A stretch of DNA of 64,000 nucleotides from an uncultured Butyrivibrio sp. (GTDB lineage: Bacteria; Bacillota; Clostridia; Lachnospirales; Lachnospiraceae), in contig CAMVJI010000002.1 in the NCBI GenBank assembly GCA_947167765.1, forward strand, positions 494 to 64,493, read 5' to 3'. Position numbers and translations under genes: made by a program. Positions 54,663-64,000 of the stretch are shown one piece after another. A model generated the notes under the pieces. That model saw only the letters and a program-made list of their open reading frames with translations, made no database searches and was not told where the DNA came from. The first letter of the stretch is position 1. Each line of letters begins with the position of its first letter.

Positions 54663-56438
54663 ATGAATCTTTTGAAAAAGATCAATTATATATTTGACAA
54701 AAAACAAAAAGGACAGCTTGTACTTTTAGCTGTCCTTATACTGATTGGAGGTGTCGTTGAGACTCTTGGTGTTTCAATGATGATCCCTGTTATTTCAGTT
54801 ATCTTAAAACCAGAGTCCCTTCACAGGCAGATCGACAAGTACCCTGTCCTTAAAAGCGTCATCGAAGGGATGGGGCTTGACAGTGATCTCAAGCTGGCAA
54901 GTGCTCTTTTGATCATTCTTATATTTCTTTTTATATTTAAAAATCTCTATCTTCTGTTTCTTGTTTACAAGCAGAACACCTTCATATCACATGCCAGAAA
55001 CGACATGATAAGCAGAGTCATGAGGGAGTTTTTGAACAGGCCCTACGAAGATTATCTCGGGGCAGATATCCCTACAGTATTCAGAATAACTGACAGTGAC
55101 ATCCCCAAGACATTTACACTTATGCTGTCGATCCTGTCACTTACAACAGAGCTGGTAGTTTCCATCTGTCTTGGAATAGTTCTTTTATTTGTAAACTGGC
55201 AGATGACTGCACTTATCCTGGTTGTCCTTGCTGTTCTGACCCTTATCATCACCAAGATATTAAAGCCAAGGCTCAACGTGATCGGCAGAAGAAATCAGGA
55301 GACTCAGTCAAGGATAGCAAAGTGGAGACTTCAGGCTATTTATGGTCTTAAGGATGTAAAGGTTTTAAACAGACAGGATTTCTTTATCAGGAACTACTAC
55401 GAGCAGGGTAAGATAGGAGCTGACATCGACAGGAACTATGTCGTAATGAACAACATTCCAAGGCTCCTTATTGAGACCGTGTTTATTGCTGTGGTTCTTT
55501 TGTATGTGCTTTTCTATTTGCTTAGCGGAGGGGATGCAACATCTCTGCTTCCACAGATCACAGCATTTGGTATGGCAGCAATCCGTATCATGCCTTCTGC
55601 CAACAGGATAAATACTTATCTTACACAGATAGCCTACAACCAGTACAGTCTTGATTTTGTCTACAACAACCTGACAGAGTCCATGAAGACAGACAAGGCC
55701 ATGAGGGCAGAGAGAGCAGCCATTGCAGGACCAGCTCTCCATTTGGAAAAAGAGATCCAGATGAAGGATATTGTTTTTGCTTACCCTGATTCTGAAGTAA
55801 ATATTTTTTCTGGTGCCAACATGACAATCAAAAAAGGACAGTCTGTGGGACTTATGGGACCATCTGGTGCAGGTAAGTCCACAATAGTTGATATCCTTTT
55901 AGGACTTCTTCACGTTAAGTCTGGAGAAATACTTTGCGACGGCAGCAATATCTTTAGTAACTACGAATCCTGGCTTGCCCAGATAGGTTATATTCCTCAG
56001 TCCATCTACCTTGTGGATGAATCCATAAGAGAGAACATCGCTTTTGGTATCGACGCAGAAGAGATAGACGATGACAGGATCTGGGAGGTCATGGAAGAGG
56101 CACAGCTATCTGACTTTGTTAAGTCACTTCCAGAGGGACTTGATACCAAGATCGGCGACAGAGGCGTAAGGCTCTCTGGCGGACAGAGACAGAGGATCGG
56201 TATTGCCAGAGCTCTTTATCACAACCCTGAGATCCTGGTATTTGATGAAGCCACCAGCGCTTTGGATAACGAGACAGAAGCAGCAGTTATGGAGGCCATC
56301 AACAGCTTCCATGGCCGCAAGACCATGATCATCATTGCCCACAGGCTCAACACTATTGAGAACTGCGATGTGATCTATGAGGTTAAGGATCAGACAATAA
56401 CACAAACGTCTCTGGAAGGAAGAGCAGTAATTCACTAA
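54663..56438 (+). CDS. Second fused TMD-NBD ABC transporter (PglK-like), paralog of 13796-15547
   Basis: GPSGAGKST, LSGGQRQR and FDEATSALD motifs. Shares TMD motifs with the first copy (PRLLIET, PSANRIN). Confidence 0.85.
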   Translation: MNLLKKINYIFDKKQKGQLVLLAVLILIGGVVETLGVSMMIPVISVILKPESLHRQIDKYPVLKSVIEGMGLDSDLKLASALLIILIFLFIFKNLYLLFLVYKQNTFISHARNDMISRVMREFLNRPYEDYLGADIPTVFRITDSDIPKTFTLMLSILSLTTELVVSICLGIVLLFVNWQMTALILVVLAVLTLIITKILKPRLNVIGRRNQETQSRIAKWRLQAIYGLKDVKVLNRQDFFIRNYYEQGKIGADIDRNYVVMNNIPRLLIETVFIAVVLLYVLFYLLSGGDATSLLPQITAFGMAAIRIMPSANRINTYLTQIAYNQYSLDFVYNNLTESMKTDKAMRAERAAIAGPALHLEKEIQMKDIVFAYPDSEVNIFSGANMTIKKGQSVGLMGPSGAGKSTIVDILLGLLHVKSGEILCDGSNIFSNYESWLAQIGYIPQSIYLVDESIRENIAFGIDAEEIDDDRIWEVMEEAQLSDFVKSLPEGLDTKIGDRGVRLSGGQRQRIGIARALYHNPEILVFDEATSALDNETEAAVMEAINSFHGRKTMIIIAHRLNTIENCDVIYEVKDQTITQTSLEGRAVIH

Positions 56439-56452
56439 TTTTGGAGAGGGCA

Positions 56453-57499
56453 ATGATCGGAACAGAATTCATACCGGGATATGGTCTTGGTAATCAGTTG
56501 TTTTTCTATATAACCACCAGATGCATCGCTATGGAGAAAGGCGTGGATTTTGGCTTTGTTAATCCTGGCCAGATAGGTAATGTCTTTCATTCCCAAAAGG
56601 GTATGTACTTTATGGATCCAATTGATCTGGGAAAAGAGATTACCAAGGATGAGATGAAAGACTACAAGATATATCATGAGCAGGATGACAGACTTTTTAT
56701 GGGAAATTCCAGACATGATATGAGTAATGGCTGCTACATAAGTGGTGTGGACAAGGCACTTATGGAAGTTGAAGATGGTACTATCATTTATGGTAATATG
56801 CAGGCCCAAGAGTACTTTGAAAAGTATCGCAGTGAAATTAAAAACTGGCTTCACGTAAAAGATGAAGCAGAATCTTATGAGTATACTGCTGACGACCTTT
56901 GCGTAATCAACTTGCGGGGCGGTGAATATACCAATCATCCTGAGCTGTATCTTGACAGATGCTATTTTTTAAATGCTATAAAAAACATGAAGAAGATAAA
57001 TCCCAAGATGCGTTTTATGGTTATTACAGAGGACGAAGAGTCTGCTAAAAAGGTTCTTCCAGAATTCGAGTGTCACCACTTTGATATGGGAAAGGACTAT
57101 GTGACACTAAAAAATGCAAGATATCTGATTCTTAGTAATTCCTCATTTGCCCTGGTACCGGTGATGTCAAGTACAGAGCTTAAGATGGCCATCGCTCCAA
57201 AGTACTGGGCAAGACATAATATTTCAGATGGCTTTTGGTCATCAGAACAGAACATCTATAGCTTTTTGACATATCAGGACAAAAAGGGAGATCTCTTTTC
57301 CGCTGAAGAATGTAAAAAAGAACTTGAAGAATATAAAGAGAGATCTGCTCTTTACAGAAGGCGTAATAAGCGTCCTGGAAAGATAAGATTTTATTGCCAG
57401 ATAGTAAGAAGAAAATGCCTCTATGGAATATTCTATTTTAAAAAGATATTAAGGTCTTTTGAGAGGCGTGTAGGTATCATAAAAACCTATAACGTATGA
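56453..57499 (+). CDS. GT11-like glycosyltransferase (divergent fucosyltransferase fold)
   Basis: GYGLGNQLF, GNMQAQEYF, NLRGGEY, ITED, ILSNSSF and IAPKYW motifs. Confidence 0.65.
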   Translation: MIGTEFIPGYGLGNQLFFYITTRCIAMEKGVDFGFVNPGQIGNVFHSQKGMYFMDPIDLGKEITKDEMKDYKIYHEQDDRLFMGNSRHDMSNGCYISGVDKALMEVEDGTIIYGNMQAQEYFEKYRSEIKNWLHVKDEAESYEYTADDLCVINLRGGEYTNHPELYLDRCYFLNAIKNMKKINPKMRFMVITEDEESAKKVLPEFECHHFDMGKDYVTLKNARYLILSNSSFALVPVMSSTELKMAIAPKYWARHNISDGFWSSEQNIYSFLTYQDKKGDLFSAEECKKELEEYKERSALYRRRNKRPGKIRFYCQIVRRKCLYGIFYFKKILRSFERRVGIIKTYNV

Positions 57500-57511
57500 A
57501 TGCGGAGTTTT

Positions 57512-58279
57512 ATGAGTGACAAACAGAAATTGCAGTTGCCACAGGTAACACTGGTGGCCATGACAAGTGTAAATGTATATGAGACTGTAAGGGCTATGGA
57601 GTACAGCATGAGAGGGATAGACTTTGGTGATGCTGTACTAGTCACAGATAAAAAGCCCTGGTTTCTTCCAAAGAACATCAGATACAGTCACACAAGTAAG
57701 CTGGATAATATCGACAAGTTCAATTACAAGATGGTATATGAACTTAAGGATCATATAAAAACTGACTTCTGCCTGGTGGTCCATGCGGATGGTTTTGTTA
57801 TCCACCCTGAAAACTGGAGGGATGAATTCCTTGACTACGACTATGTAGGATCTCCTTGGCCACTTCCCAAAAACGACTATGCATACAGAGATAGCAAAGG
57901 TCAGATCTGCAGAGTTGGAAACAGCGTATCCTTAAGATCAAAAAGACTTTTAGAATTTCCTTCTGCCCATAACCTGAAGTGGGAGAGGGTAGACGATGGA
58001 TTTTACAACGAAGATATTTTTATTTGCTGCCACTCCAAGAATCTCATGGAGGAGGAAGGCATGAAGTGGGCGCCCTTTGACCTGGCCCTCAGGTTTGGAA
58101 GAGAACATCCACTTCCTGAAAACAAAGGAATTGAGCCTTTTATCTTCCACAAATGGTGGGGAGAAAATGCTGATTATCCAAGATTTTACAGCCCTAAAAA
58201 GAGATTCAAGATGGCTGTCAGACCATTTCTTTTCTGGAGACGTTCAAAGAAGTGGAAGAAGGAGCATGGAATAGAATGA
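57512..58279 (+). CDS. DUF5672-like putative glycosyltransferase
   Basis: DGFV, W.DEFLDYDYVGSPW, VGN..SLRSK, NED and FH motifs. Confidence 0.65.
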   Translation: MSDKQKLQLPQVTLVAMTSVNVYETVRAMEYSMRGIDFGDAVLVTDKKPWFLPKNIRYSHTSKLDNIDKFNYKMVYELKDHIKTDFCLVVHADGFVIHPENWRDEFLDYDYVGSPWPLPKNDYAYRDSKGQICRVGNSVSLRSKRLLEFPSAHNLKWERVDDGFYNEDIFICCHSKNLMEEEGMKWAPFDLALRFGREHPLPENKGIEPFIFHKWWGENADYPRFYSPKKRFKMAVRPFLFWRRSKKWKKEHGIE

Positions 58280-59340
58280 TCTTTTCAATCATTATTCCTA
58301 TATGTAACGCCGGTGATTACCTTTTGGAGTGCGTAAAAAGCGCAGTTTCACAGGATATTTCTTTTGCTGCTCCAAAGGAAGTAAAAGACGTGTACGAAGT
58401 GCTCCTAGTGGAAAACGGGTCAACCGACGACAGCCCAATGATCTGCGACGAGCTTGCAACTAAGTATCCACAGGTTAATTGCATCCACGAAGGGAAGATT
58501 GGGCTCTATGCTGCAAGGCAGGTTGGATTTAGTAAAGCACAGGGTGAGTACCTTATATCCCTCGATGCGGATGATGCTCTTTTGCCTTGTGCATTAAAGG
58601 AGCTATACCTGGCCATAACTGACTGTCAAAACAATAATGAGAACGTGGAGCTTTTTATCTATGACGCAGCAGATATGAGGCATCCAGACAAGGCTCTTTC
58701 TGAGAGGATATTTACTCCTGGGTACGCTTACGCAGCAGATGAGAAAAAGATATTTGTTGAGCAGCTCTGCAGGGATGATTCCATAAACTCCATGTGGATA
58801 AAGTGTGTCAAAAAGACTATTGCCTGTCTTGGAAAACAGGAGATGTTCCTAAACTACGGAGAGGACCTGTATCAGACAGCAGAGTACTTAAACAGGGCAG
58901 CAGCTGTCATGTATATTGATAAGATACTTTATCTGTACAGAACTGATGCCAGCAGCATGTCCACCACCTACAGTGAGACATATCTGGAAAATGAAAAGAT
59001 TACATGGAAAAAGCTTGATGAGATAGCAGAAAAATGGTGTAAGGATGAGTTTACTGATCTTATTGATGAAAGAAAAGCCTTAACCTGCACCATAGCTGTA
59101 GCAAGACTCATATATTCTGATCTTAAACAAAAAGAAAAAAAGATAAAGCTGGATAAACTCTTTGAAGATGAGTTTTATAAAAAGTATGGGAAGGTTTCTC
59201 TCCCTTCCTGGGCACAGGAAGAACCAAGGTTTGTAAAGGTTTTGCAGGACAGTGCTGATCCCAGGTCGGCCCTGCTTAATAATGCTCTTAAAAACAGAGT
59301 AAAGAGAATTGTAAAAGGATGGATAAGAAATGGTCATTGA
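58276..59340 (+). CDS. GT2 glycosyltransferase
   Basis: FSIIIP, VENGSTD, AARQVG, LDADD and GED motifs. ATGA overlap with the previous stop. Confidence 0.83.
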   Translation: MIFSIIIPICNAGDYLLECVKSAVSQDISFAAPKEVKDVYEVLLVENGSTDDSPMICDELATKYPQVNCIHEGKIGLYAARQVGFSKAQGEYLISLDADDALLPCALKELYLAITDCQNNNENVELFIYDAADMRHPDKALSERIFTPGYAYAADEKKIFVEQLCRDDSINSMWIKCVKKTIACLGKQEMFLNYGEDLYQTAEYLNRAAAVMYIDKILYLYRTDASSMSTTYSETYLENEKITWKKLDEIAEKWCKDEFTDLIDERKALTCTIAVARLIYSDLKQKEKKIKLDKLFEDEFYKKYGKVSLPSWAQEEPRFVKVLQDSADPRSALLNNALKNRVKRIVKGWIRNGH

Positions 59341-60283
59341 TCTTTTGCCATTTTTTAATGAAATAGATATTTTGAAGCTTCATCTTGGGATAATGGATCC
59401 TTATGTAGATAAGTTTGTCATTGAGGAGTCCACAGTGACTTTTTCAGGAAAAGAAAAAGAGCTTTCCTTTGACAGCAATAGGGATAAATTTTCCAAGTAC
59501 CTGGACAAGATAGTTTATATCAAGGTTGAAGATACTCCAAGGAATGCTTCCACTCATCAAAGGGACTACTTCCAGAAAAATCGCCTTATAGAGGGCCTTC
59601 AGCAGCTTGGAGCAGGCAGCGATGATGTGATCATATTTGGTGACTGCGATGAGATCCCTAATCCGGTGGAGCTTGAAAAGATCATTAAGAATTTTGATAA
59701 AACAAAAGTCTATCACCTGGCTCAGAGGAACTTCTACGGATTCCTTAACATGGAGGAAAAATCAGGAAAGCTTCTTTCTATCACAAGGGATTTCCCGGAG
59801 ATTGCTGACAAGGACAGAAAGTGGCTTGGAACCAAGGTGACTTCAATAGACAACATTCCCAAGGAGGGAATAGTAAGACTCCGTGATCTTTGTGCTGTAA
59901 CAGATGACAATGCAGTGAGAGTTGCTAACGGAGGCTGGCACTTTGGATATATGGGCGGAGACCATGAGACCAATCCTGTTAAGAGAATCGGTGTAAAGGT
60001 TGAAGCAGCTGCCCATCAGGAGTACAACGAGAGGGAAATAATCCTTGAAACCATGGACAGGCTTGTGCTTGGACAGGACATCTTTGGAAGAGATGCAAGG
60101 TTTGAAAGAGTAGAGATAGATGACAGCTACCCTGAGTACCTAAGGAATCATTTGTCAGAATACGAGCACCTTGTGATGCCAAGGATAACTATTTTTTCAA
60201 AGTGTTATCACAAGTTTGATATTACAGTTGGAAGATTTTTTAGAAAGGCAATCCGGAAGATAAAGAGGATCATCTTCAGATAA
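59330..60283 (+). CDS. GT17 family (GnT-III-like) N-acetylglucosaminyltransferase
   Basis: FFNEIDIL, VDKFVIEES..TFSGKEK, DCDEIP, GGWHFGY and AHQEYN motifs. Confidence 0.82.
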   Translation: MVIDLLPFFNEIDILKLHLGIMDPYVDKFVIEESTVTFSGKEKELSFDSNRDKFSKYLDKIVYIKVEDTPRNASTHQRDYFQKNRLIEGLQQLGAGSDDVIIFGDCDEIPNPVELEKIIKNFDKTKVYHLAQRNFYGFLNMEEKSGKLLSITRDFPEIADKDRKWLGTKVTSIDNIPKEGIVRLRDLCAVTDDNAVRVANGGWHFGYMGGDHETNPVKRIGVKVEAAAHQEYNEREIILETMDRLVLGQDIFGRDARFERVEIDDSYPEYLRNHLSEYEHLVMPRITIFSKCYHKFDITVGRFFRKAIRKIKRIIFR

Positions 60284-60287
60284 ACCA

Positions 60288-61460
60288 ATGCTGAGCAGAT
60301 TTTTTACAGATGAAAGTAGAAATAAAATAGTAAATACTCTGTTCTACCTGGCTCTTACCATAGAGCTGGTTCTTATGATCGTTGAAAAGAGTGAGATCCA
60401 CATTGGATTTGAAAGCTATGTGTTCAGATTAACTTTCTTTTTGACCCTTGTAGCTGTTGCGCTTATAAAGAGGGATAAAAAAGAGTGGATAGCTGTTGCT
60501 GCCATCACCGTTTTTACTGCAGTATGTTACAAGTTGTCTGGAAAAAACGACCTTCTGCGGATAGCAGTATTTATCATGGCTGCCAGGGACATTGATCTTA
60601 AAAAAGCCATGAAGTACAGTTTTTATCTTTGCCTTTGCGGCTTTTCAGTTATAGCTCTTTTGTCAGTTTTTGGAATACTTGGGGATGTGGTGCTGGTGGC
60701 AGACTATGGCCGGGGAATTGCCAATGAGTCGAGACTTGTCCTGGGCTTTGGTCATCCAAACACCCTTATAGGATGCATTTTTGTGCTGGTACTTATGTGG
60801 CTGTGGATTTACGGAGAAAAAGCCAAAATCTGCTATCACCTTGTGGTGATCGCAATCTCTTTCCTGTTTGCAATATACACCAGGTCAAGGACAGCTATGG
60901 CAGTTCTTGCAATGGTTTTGTTTTTGGGGCTACTACTTAGGCTGTTCCCTAAGCTTCGGGATGTGAAAGCCATCTATATTCTGACTGGACTTGTTACTCC
61001 TTTTGTATGCATCTTTATTGCAGTTCTGGCAGCAGGTATGAGTCAGCATATTTATGTGGGAGGAGGTTTTAATACTCCTGATAATATCTGGAGAATTGAA
61101 GAAGTTCTAAACTACAGGATCAGCAGCATCTACTATGAGGCCCTTGATAGAGGAGCAGTCCTTTGCAACTGGAAGCTATTTGCGGGCCATAGCGCTGATG
61201 GATACTTTGATATGGGATGGGTCAGACTCTTTTACTGGTATGGAATCATACCAACAGCGCTCATTGCAGTGGCAATCATGCTTTTGATCTACATTTGCTA
61301 TAAGAAACGGGACCCGTGGACACTGTTGATAATACTGTCAGTTTCCGTATATACTATAATCGAGGCGACCTTTGTTTCAAGGTACATTGGAAGGGCCTTC
61401 TATCTCATGATCGCTGGCGTATATTTTGGATATTTGTTTAAGGGGAAAACAAATGAGTGA
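60288..61460 (+). CDS. Wzy-like polymerase / membrane protein
   Basis: About 11 TMs with R.VLGFGHPN, TRSRT and D.GW..L..YG motifs typical of Firmicute Wzy. Confidence 0.62.
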   Translation: MLSRFFTDESRNKIVNTLFYLALTIELVLMIVEKSEIHIGFESYVFRLTFFLTLVAVALIKRDKKEWIAVAAITVFTAVCYKLSGKNDLLRIAVFIMAARDIDLKKAMKYSFYLCLCGFSVIALLSVFGILGDVVLVADYGRGIANESRLVLGFGHPNTLIGCIFVLVLMWLWIYGEKAKICYHLVVIAISFLFAIYTRSRTAMAVLAMVLFLGLLLRLFPKLRDVKAIYILTGLVTPFVCIFIAVLAAGMSQHIYVGGGFNTPDNIWRIEEVLNYRISSIYYEALDRGAVLCNWKLFAGHSADGYFDMGWVRLFYWYGIIPTALIAVAIMLLIYICYKKRDPWTLLIILSVSVYTIIEATFVSRYIGRAFYLMIAGVYFGYLFKGKTNE

Positions 61461-62817
61461 CAAGCTCAGAAAGAAACTGTTCTATGCAGCTACTTTAGCC
61501 AATTTCATAATGATCACAATATATGAGTTTCTTACTCCAAACATGTCTGATGATGTCATCTATGCTGATGCAGTTGCTGAGGCAGGGAACTTCTTTGACC
61601 TGTTTGCTCAAGAGTATGAACACTATATGTTTCATACGGGCAGAAACGTGGCGCATATTATTTTAAGGATCTTTTTGTACATAGGGAATAAAGGCGTTTT
61701 CAATATTGCAGCTGGAATTGTGTTTACTCTTTTATCACTTTGCATCTACAACTGCGTTGATAATAAAAAGAACTACGACCTTCGCATATACATTGGCATA
61801 CTGATCCTTATGTGGCTCTTTGATCCAGCCATCAGTAACAATGTACTGTGGGAGACCGGTGCTTGTAATTATCTTTTTACTGCAACCATAATGTTCCTGT
61901 ATCTGACACTGTTCAGGAGCGCTTATTTAAAAGACAGAGCGACTACCCCTTTATTTGCTATTGGTATGTTCCTTCTTGGACTACTTGCTGGCTGGTGCAA
62001 TGAGAACTCCTCTGGTGGAGTTATCTTTTTCGTACTCTTACTCTTATTCCTTAAATGGTACAGGGAAAAGAGCTTTAAGGGCTTTAAAGCCTGGATGATA
62101 TCAGGCCTTTTGGGAAATATTATTGGCTTTATGATAATGATCCTTTCTCCTGGAAACAGTGCAAGGGCAGCAGCTGCTGATGAAGCCCACACTGGACTAT
62201 TGGCCATGGCAGCAAGATTTTTAAGAGTAACTCTTACACTTAAAGATAATTACCTGGTACTTATGCTGGTATTCATAGTTCTTTTCATTGCCATCGCATA
62301 CAGGGCAGGAAAGAGCGGAATTACTGAAGGCGCTGGTCCAATGCTTTTATTTGGTCTTGCATTTCTTGTTACCAGCTATGCTCTTATCGCAGTTCCGGAT
62401 TCTCAGCTTCGTACCTATTACTGCGCAAGTCTCTTCCTCATGACAGGAATAGTAAATGGTTTCGGATGGGTAGTTAATAAGGGCTTTAAAGAAGATGTTG
62501 TTCAGATCATGGCAACCAGTCTGATTACTGTTTTCTCAGTTCTTTTCCTCTTTACCTACATTGAAGAGGGCGCCAATCTTGCCAGAATAAAGAGGGAGTT
62601 TGACGAGAGAGAAGCTTATTATAAAGAGATGGTAGCCAGGGATGAGATGGTCATAGAAGCTCCAATGCTTCGCCCCGACTGGGAGAGCAGATATTCAATG
62701 GCTTATGAGTCAGACATCTGTGAAGATAAATTCAACTGGCTTAATGTAAGTTATGCCCAACACTATGGCCTTTGGTACATCATTGGCGTAGACAGAGAAA
62801 GCTGGACAGGATACTGA
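61453..62817 (+). CDS. Polytopic membrane protein (DUF6056-like, possible GT-C)
   Basis: SDD after TM1, plus GR, W.TGACNY, GWCNEN and SPGN.AR motifs. Confidence 0.58.
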   Translation: MSDKLRKKLFYAATLANFIMITIYEFLTPNMSDDVIYADAVAEAGNFFDLFAQEYEHYMFHTGRNVAHIILRIFLYIGNKGVFNIAAGIVFTLLSLCIYNCVDNKKNYDLRIYIGILILMWLFDPAISNNVLWETGACNYLFTATIMFLYLTLFRSAYLKDRATTPLFAIGMFLLGLLAGWCNENSSGGVIFFVLLLLFLKWYREKSFKGFKAWMISGLLGNIIGFMIMILSPGNSARAAAADEAHTGLLAMAARFLRVTLTLKDNYLVLMLVFIVLFIAIAYRAGKSGITEGAGPMLLFGLAFLVTSYALIAVPDSQLRTYYCASLFLMTGIVNGFGWVVNKGFKEDVVQIMATSLITVFSVLFLFTYIEEGANLARIKREFDEREAYYKEMVARDEMVIEAPMLRPDWESRYSMAYESDICEDKFNWLNVSYAQHYGLWYIIGVDRESWTGY

Positions 62818-62823
62818 TAGATA

Positions 62824-63816
62824 ATGACAGATAGTAGAGAAAAAATAGCAAGTATAATAATCCCTGTTTATCAGGCAAAAGACACACTAAAAACGTGTGT
62901 CTTATCTTGTTTAAACCAGAAATTTGTTAAGCCACAGGAGATGGAAGTTATTCTGGTGGATGATGGTTCAACTGACGGCTCATCAGAGATCTGCGATGAG
63001 CTTATGCGTGAGTATGGGGATGAGCGCATTGTGGTGATCCACGGGAAAAATCACGGAGTATCCCATGCCCGCAATCTAGGAATAGAGAGAGCAACCGGAA
63101 GATTTCTTATCTTTGTGGATGCAGATGATAAGGTAAATGAAACTCTGATAGACAATATGACCAAGTACGCTGACGAGGGAACAGTACTTGTTGATGAGAC
63201 AAAAAAGTATGTGGGCTTGCAGAAACTCAGCGGCTTTCAGTATATAGAGAATGTTATCCTTAACGAGAATACCCACGTATGGGGTAAGCTTTTTGACAGA
63301 CATACCATAAATTACAGAAACATCAGATTTAACGAAAATCTCACTATCGGTGAGGACCTTATCTTTTTGATCGATCTTGCTCTTTCTCAGGAAAAAGACC
63401 ACACAATAAGATGCATAACTGAGGAAGATTATATATATAACGACAACCAGGACGGGGCCATGGGGAGTGCCTTCAAGGAGAGCTACATGGACCAGTTTGT
63501 GTGCTGGAAGATGGCTGAAAAGAAACTATTGCCTTACAAAAAACAGGTGACAGAATACGCCTTTGTGAGCCTTTCCTGCAGTCAGATAATGACAGCTCTT
63601 TTGGTTGTTGGCAAGGTGGCTGTACTTGGGAAAAATGAGAGGGATGATGTGCTTGCAGATCTTGCTGTTTCAGAAGCGAGGGACCAGATAGACCATGCTC
63701 TGAAAACGAGAGGGGCCTTTGCAGGGCTTTCTTTCGGCTACAAGATCAAGGTTATGCTCTTTAGGATAAGTCCTAAGGCCTATCTTGATCTATACTACAA
63801 ACACAAGAAGGGATGA
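62824..63816 (+). CDS. GT2 glycosyltransferase
   Basis: SIIIPVY, VDDGSTD, GVSHARN, FVDADD, WGKLF and GED motifs. Confidence 0.87.
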   Translation: MTDSREKIASIIIPVYQAKDTLKTCVLSCLNQKFVKPQEMEVILVDDGSTDGSSEICDELMREYGDERIVVIHGKNHGVSHARNLGIERATGRFLIFVDADDKVNETLIDNMTKYADEGTVLVDETKKYVGLQKLSGFQYIENVILNENTHVWGKLFDRHTINYRNIRFNENLTIGEDLIFLIDLALSQEKDHTIRCITEEDYIYNDNQDGAMGSAFKESYMDQFVCWKMAEKKLLPYKKQVTEYAFVSLSCSQIMTALLVVGKVAVLGKNERDDVLADLAVSEARDQIDHALKTRGAFAGLSFGYKIKVMLFRISPKAYLDLYYKHKKG

Positions 63817-64000
63817 AAGACATCATGAGTATTGATCTGGGAAGACCCATAATTCTGTATATGCATGCCGGATCTGGCAATCACGGCTGCGAAGCCATCG
63901 CAGACAGCCTTATCAGGATCATCGATGCTATCAGAGCATATAATGGCGCAGATTCACGAATGCCAATAGTCCTGGTGACCAACAGTGCCAGGGAAGATAG
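63813..64000 (+). CDS. Polysaccharide pyruvyl transferase family protein, N-terminal part (runs off the right edge)
   Basis: Manual translation MKDIMSIDLGRPIILYMHAGSGNHGCEAIADSL... The N-H-G-C-E-A-I pattern is typical of this family's N-terminus. ATGA overlap with the previous stop. Confidence 0.6.
   Translation, partial: MKDIMSIDLGRPIILYMHAGSGNHGCEAIADSLIRIIDAIRAYNGADSRMPIVLVTNSARED

Noticed and set aside
56435-56938. Longer antisense ORFs (e.g. 56435-56938, 28615-29097, 12929-13396, 45109-45561)
   Set aside because: They lie opposite well-supported genes and have no motifs, as expected for shadow ORFs.
1-64000. Prophage, IS, ICE or defence genes; tRNA/rRNA
   Set aside because: No integrase, transposase, relaxase, Rep, nuclease or structural RNA signature was recognised by eye.

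Overview
A gene-dense surface-polysaccharide/glycoconjugate biosynthesis locus from a low-GC Firmicute. The gene content and style suggest Lachnospiraceae/Butyrivibrio, which is an inference. About 50 CDS lie on the + strand; only gmd (cut by the left edge) and an FkbH-like gene are on the - strand. The locus encodes many GT2/GT4/GT11/GT17 and GT-C-like glycosyltransferases, two initiating phosphoglycosyl transferases and two PglK-like ABC flippases. It also has a PglF/PglE/PglC-like block, UDP-HexNAcA synthesis with two AsnB-type amidotransferases, a formyltransferase and deacetylases, a GtrA/GtrB side-chain module and a stand-alone pseB. No transposase, integrase, Rep, rRNA, tRNA or CRISPR array was recognised. 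Two things stand out. (1) The only long non-coding stretch (46211-47264) holds two homologous long hairpins on opposite strands. Their stems differ in sequence but still pair, and both keep an RS_B-like box, a -35-like hexamer and an unpaired TATAAT at identical spacing; one also has a CS-6 hexamer at its base. This is the layout of RNA-polymerase-primed single-strand origins or ssDNA promoters (ssoA/Frpo-like), yet no mobile-element gene is present. The hairpins flank four TAATACC-N21/22-GGTATTA units, and one carries a REP-like doublet at its apex. (2) A dispersed but apparently complete Dlt-like acyl relay: FkbH-like loader, ACP, VOC epimerase, MBOAT with a fused FIYxxF tyrosine shuttle, and an SGNH/DltD-like protein. 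It is predicted to O-glycerylate the polysaccharide. All calls come from motif reading only; no searches were run.
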